Origin: Gemmatimonadales bacterium | GTDB lineage: Bacteria; Gemmatimonadota; Gemmatimonadetes; Gemmatimonadales; GWC2-71-9 | Assembly: GCA_050184075.1 (NCBI GenBank) | Contig: JBFXAS010000003.1 | Coordinates: 1,856-65,855, forward strand | Reading direction: 5' to 3' | Length of the DNA stretch: 64,000 nt | In this document: positions 62,560 through 64,000 of the stretch, piece after piece | Layout of the letters: each line of letters opens with the position of its first letter | Position numbering within the stretch: the first letter of the stretch is position 1 | Notes under the pieces: model-generated | Databases searched by the model: none | Seen by the model: the letters and a program-made list of their open reading frames with translations, nothing else | Told to the model about the DNA's origin: nothing | Program-made: the position numbers and the translations under genes

Positions 62560-64000
62560 ATGTTGCAGCGCCTCGCTACGCTCCCGGTGGTGACGGCCCT
62601 CGGCTGGTCACTCACCACCCTCCCGACTCCGCTCGTGGCCCAGTCGCCCAAGATCACCTTCCAGCCGGACAGCTTCGTCCCGAGCGGGCGCGACCCGGTT
62701 CCCGTCGAGCGAGGCGAGCTGCTGGTGCCGATGAATCGCTCGAAGGCCGGCAGCCCGATGATCGCGGTCCGGTTCCTCCGGTTCGCCTCGCGCGCCGTCA
62801 CCCCGGGCCCGCCGATCGTCTATCTCGCGGGCGGTCCGGGTGGCTCCGGGATCGCGGCCGCGCGGGGGCCACGCTGGGCGCTGTTCGACATGCTCCGCGA
62901 CGTGGCCGACGTGATCATCCTGGATCAGCGCGGGACCGGGATCTCGCACCGATCCGCACCGTGTCGCTCGTCGGTCAGCTTCCCGCTCGACCTCCCGAGC
63001 ACCCGTGAGCACGTGATGCGGCTCTACTCGGACGCCGTGCGCGAGTGTGCGGCCTGGTGGGGCAAGGAAGGGGTCGACCTGTCGGGCTACAACACCCTCG
63101 AAAGCGCGGCGGACCTCGAGGCTATTCGGCGCGGGCTCGGGGTACCGGCGCTCGACCTGCTCGGGATCAGCTACGGCACCCATCTCGCGCTCGCCGCGAT
63201 CAAGACCTACCCCAACAGCTTCCGCCGGGCCGTCCTCTCCGGCCCGGAGGGGCTCGACCAGACGGTCAAGCTGCCATCGCGAAACGACGGCTTCTGGCGG
63301 CGGGTTCAGGCTTCGATCGACGCCGATCCGGCCGCCAAGGCGATCTACCCCGACGCCGTGGGCCTGATCCGGCGGGTGCTCGACAGAGTGGCGAAGGACC
63401 CGGTTCGGGTGACTGTGCCGACCAGCCGCGGCGAGATGACGATGCTGATCGGCGCCTTCGAGATTCAGCGAGCCTCCGGCGCAATCGCCGATCCGGCCAG
63501 CACGGCCGGGCTGCTCGAGGCCTATCGGCGGGCCGACAGCGGCGACTTCACCGCGTTCGGGCGCCAGGCGCAGCGCACCACCGGCGAGCCCTTCATCCTC
63601 CAGGCCATGCCGCTCGCGATGGACGTCGCGTCGGGGATCTCGCCCGAGCGGGCCGCGCGAGTCGCCCGCGAGGCGGAGACCGCGCTCTTGGCCGACGCGC
63701 TCAACTTCCCGATGCCCCACGTCGTCGGGGTGGCGCCGGAGCTCGACTTGGGCGAGTCCTTTCGAGCGCCTTTCATGAGCTCGACGCCGGTGCTGATCTT
63801 CTCCGGCACGCTCGACGGGCGAACCTATCCGGAAGGAGCGGCGGATGTCGCGGCCAACTTCCGGAGCCCGGCCGTGATCACGGCGGTGAACGGCGGCCAC
63901 AACACGATCCTGGTGTGGCCGGAGGCGGGTCAGATGATGAAACGGTTCTTTGCGGGCGAGAGCTTCGCCTCGACGACGGTGACGATGCCGGCGCCCCGCT
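62560..64000 (+). CDS. secreted alpha/beta hydrolase (prolyl/tripeptidyl aminopeptidase-like, S33), 3' end outside the window
   Basis: Absent from the track because it has no stop in the window. From ATG 62560: MLQRLATLPVVTALGWSLTTLPTPLVAQSP...IVYLAGGPGGSGI...ILDQRGTGISH...LLGISYGTHLALA (GxSxG)...NGGHN. The frame stays open to position 64000. Confidence 0.75.
   Translation, partial: MLQRLATLPVVTALGWSLTTLPTPLVAQSPKITFQPDSFVPSGRDPVPVERGELLVPMNRSKAGSPMIAVRFLRFASRAVTPGPPIVYLAGGPGGSGIAAARGPRWALFDMLRDVADVIILDQRGTGISHRSAPCRSSVSFPLDLPSTREHVMRLYSDAVRECAAWWGKEGVDLSGYNTLESAADLEAIRRGLGVPALDLLGISYGTHLALAAIKTYPNSFRRAVLSGPEGLDQTVKLPSRNDGFWRRVQASIDADPAAKAIYPDAVGLIRRVLDRVAKDPVRVTVPTSRGEMTMLIGAFEIQRASGAIADPASTAGLLEAYRRADSGDFTAFGRQAQRTTGEPFILQAMPLAMDVASGISPERAARVAREAETALLADALNFPMPHVVGVAPELDLGESFRAPFMSSTPVLIFSGTLDGRTYPEGAADVAANFRSPAVITAVNGGHNTILVWPEAGQMMKRFFAGESFASTTVTMPAPR

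Noticed and set aside
62361-62801. ORFs 62361..62801(-) and 62529..63008(+) after ppc.
   Set aside because: They overlap, out of frame or antisense, a clear signal-peptide-bearing alpha/beta hydrolase reading frame that starts at ATG 62560 and stays open to the window edge.

Overview
Very GC-rich (about 70% by eye) bacterial chromosomal DNA, densely packed with about 58 protein-coding genes on both strands. I found no rRNA, tRNA, CRISPR array, transposase, integrase or phage-like gene. Many long Arg/Gly/Pro-rich ORFs in the track are antisense shadows of real genes. Many real genes start at internal ATG/GTG/TTG codons, often overlapping the upstream stop by 4 nt (ATGA/GTGA/TTGA). The gene content suggests a Gemmatimonadota- or Acidobacteria-like organism: two PadR plus duplicated FtsX/MacB-type 'ADOP' permease modules, a CBM9/DUF5916 outer-membrane protein, and promoter boxes reminiscent of Bacteroidetes. 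This taxonomic guess is inference only. Recognisable genes include metH, a YitJ-like homocysteine methyltransferase/MTHFR fusion, panC with a DUF2520 (PanG-like) reductase, queG, NDH-2, PBP4, an acyl-CoA dehydrogenase, pruA, ppc, kup, DsbA+VKOR, cutA, an M16 peptidase and a large zinc metalloprotease. I do not see a convincing defence island or mobile element, and no finding here clearly qualifies as a new system. The most interesting non-coding and unexplained signals are: (1) two paralogous SAM-II-like riboswitch leaders, in front of metH and the yitJ-like gene, each with a conserved antiterminator/terminator switch; (2) a signal-less BtuF-like cobalamin-binding protein translationally coupled to the yitJ-like gene; (3) the same paired dyad-operator layout (two 5-N9-5 sites 33 bp apart) in front of both PadR-permease operons, one of them a perfect 23-bp inverted repeat covering a stop codon and a start codon; (4) a Cys/His-rich secreted protein, an OM barrel and a His-rich secreted protein beside cutA; (5) a 48-bp tandem triplication of the signal-peptide/cleavage region of an orphan tungstate/molybdate-type binding protein; (6) recurrent -10-like boxes placed so that several genes would be leaderless. 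All functional calls come from reading the translated sequences and recognising motifs; no database search was run.
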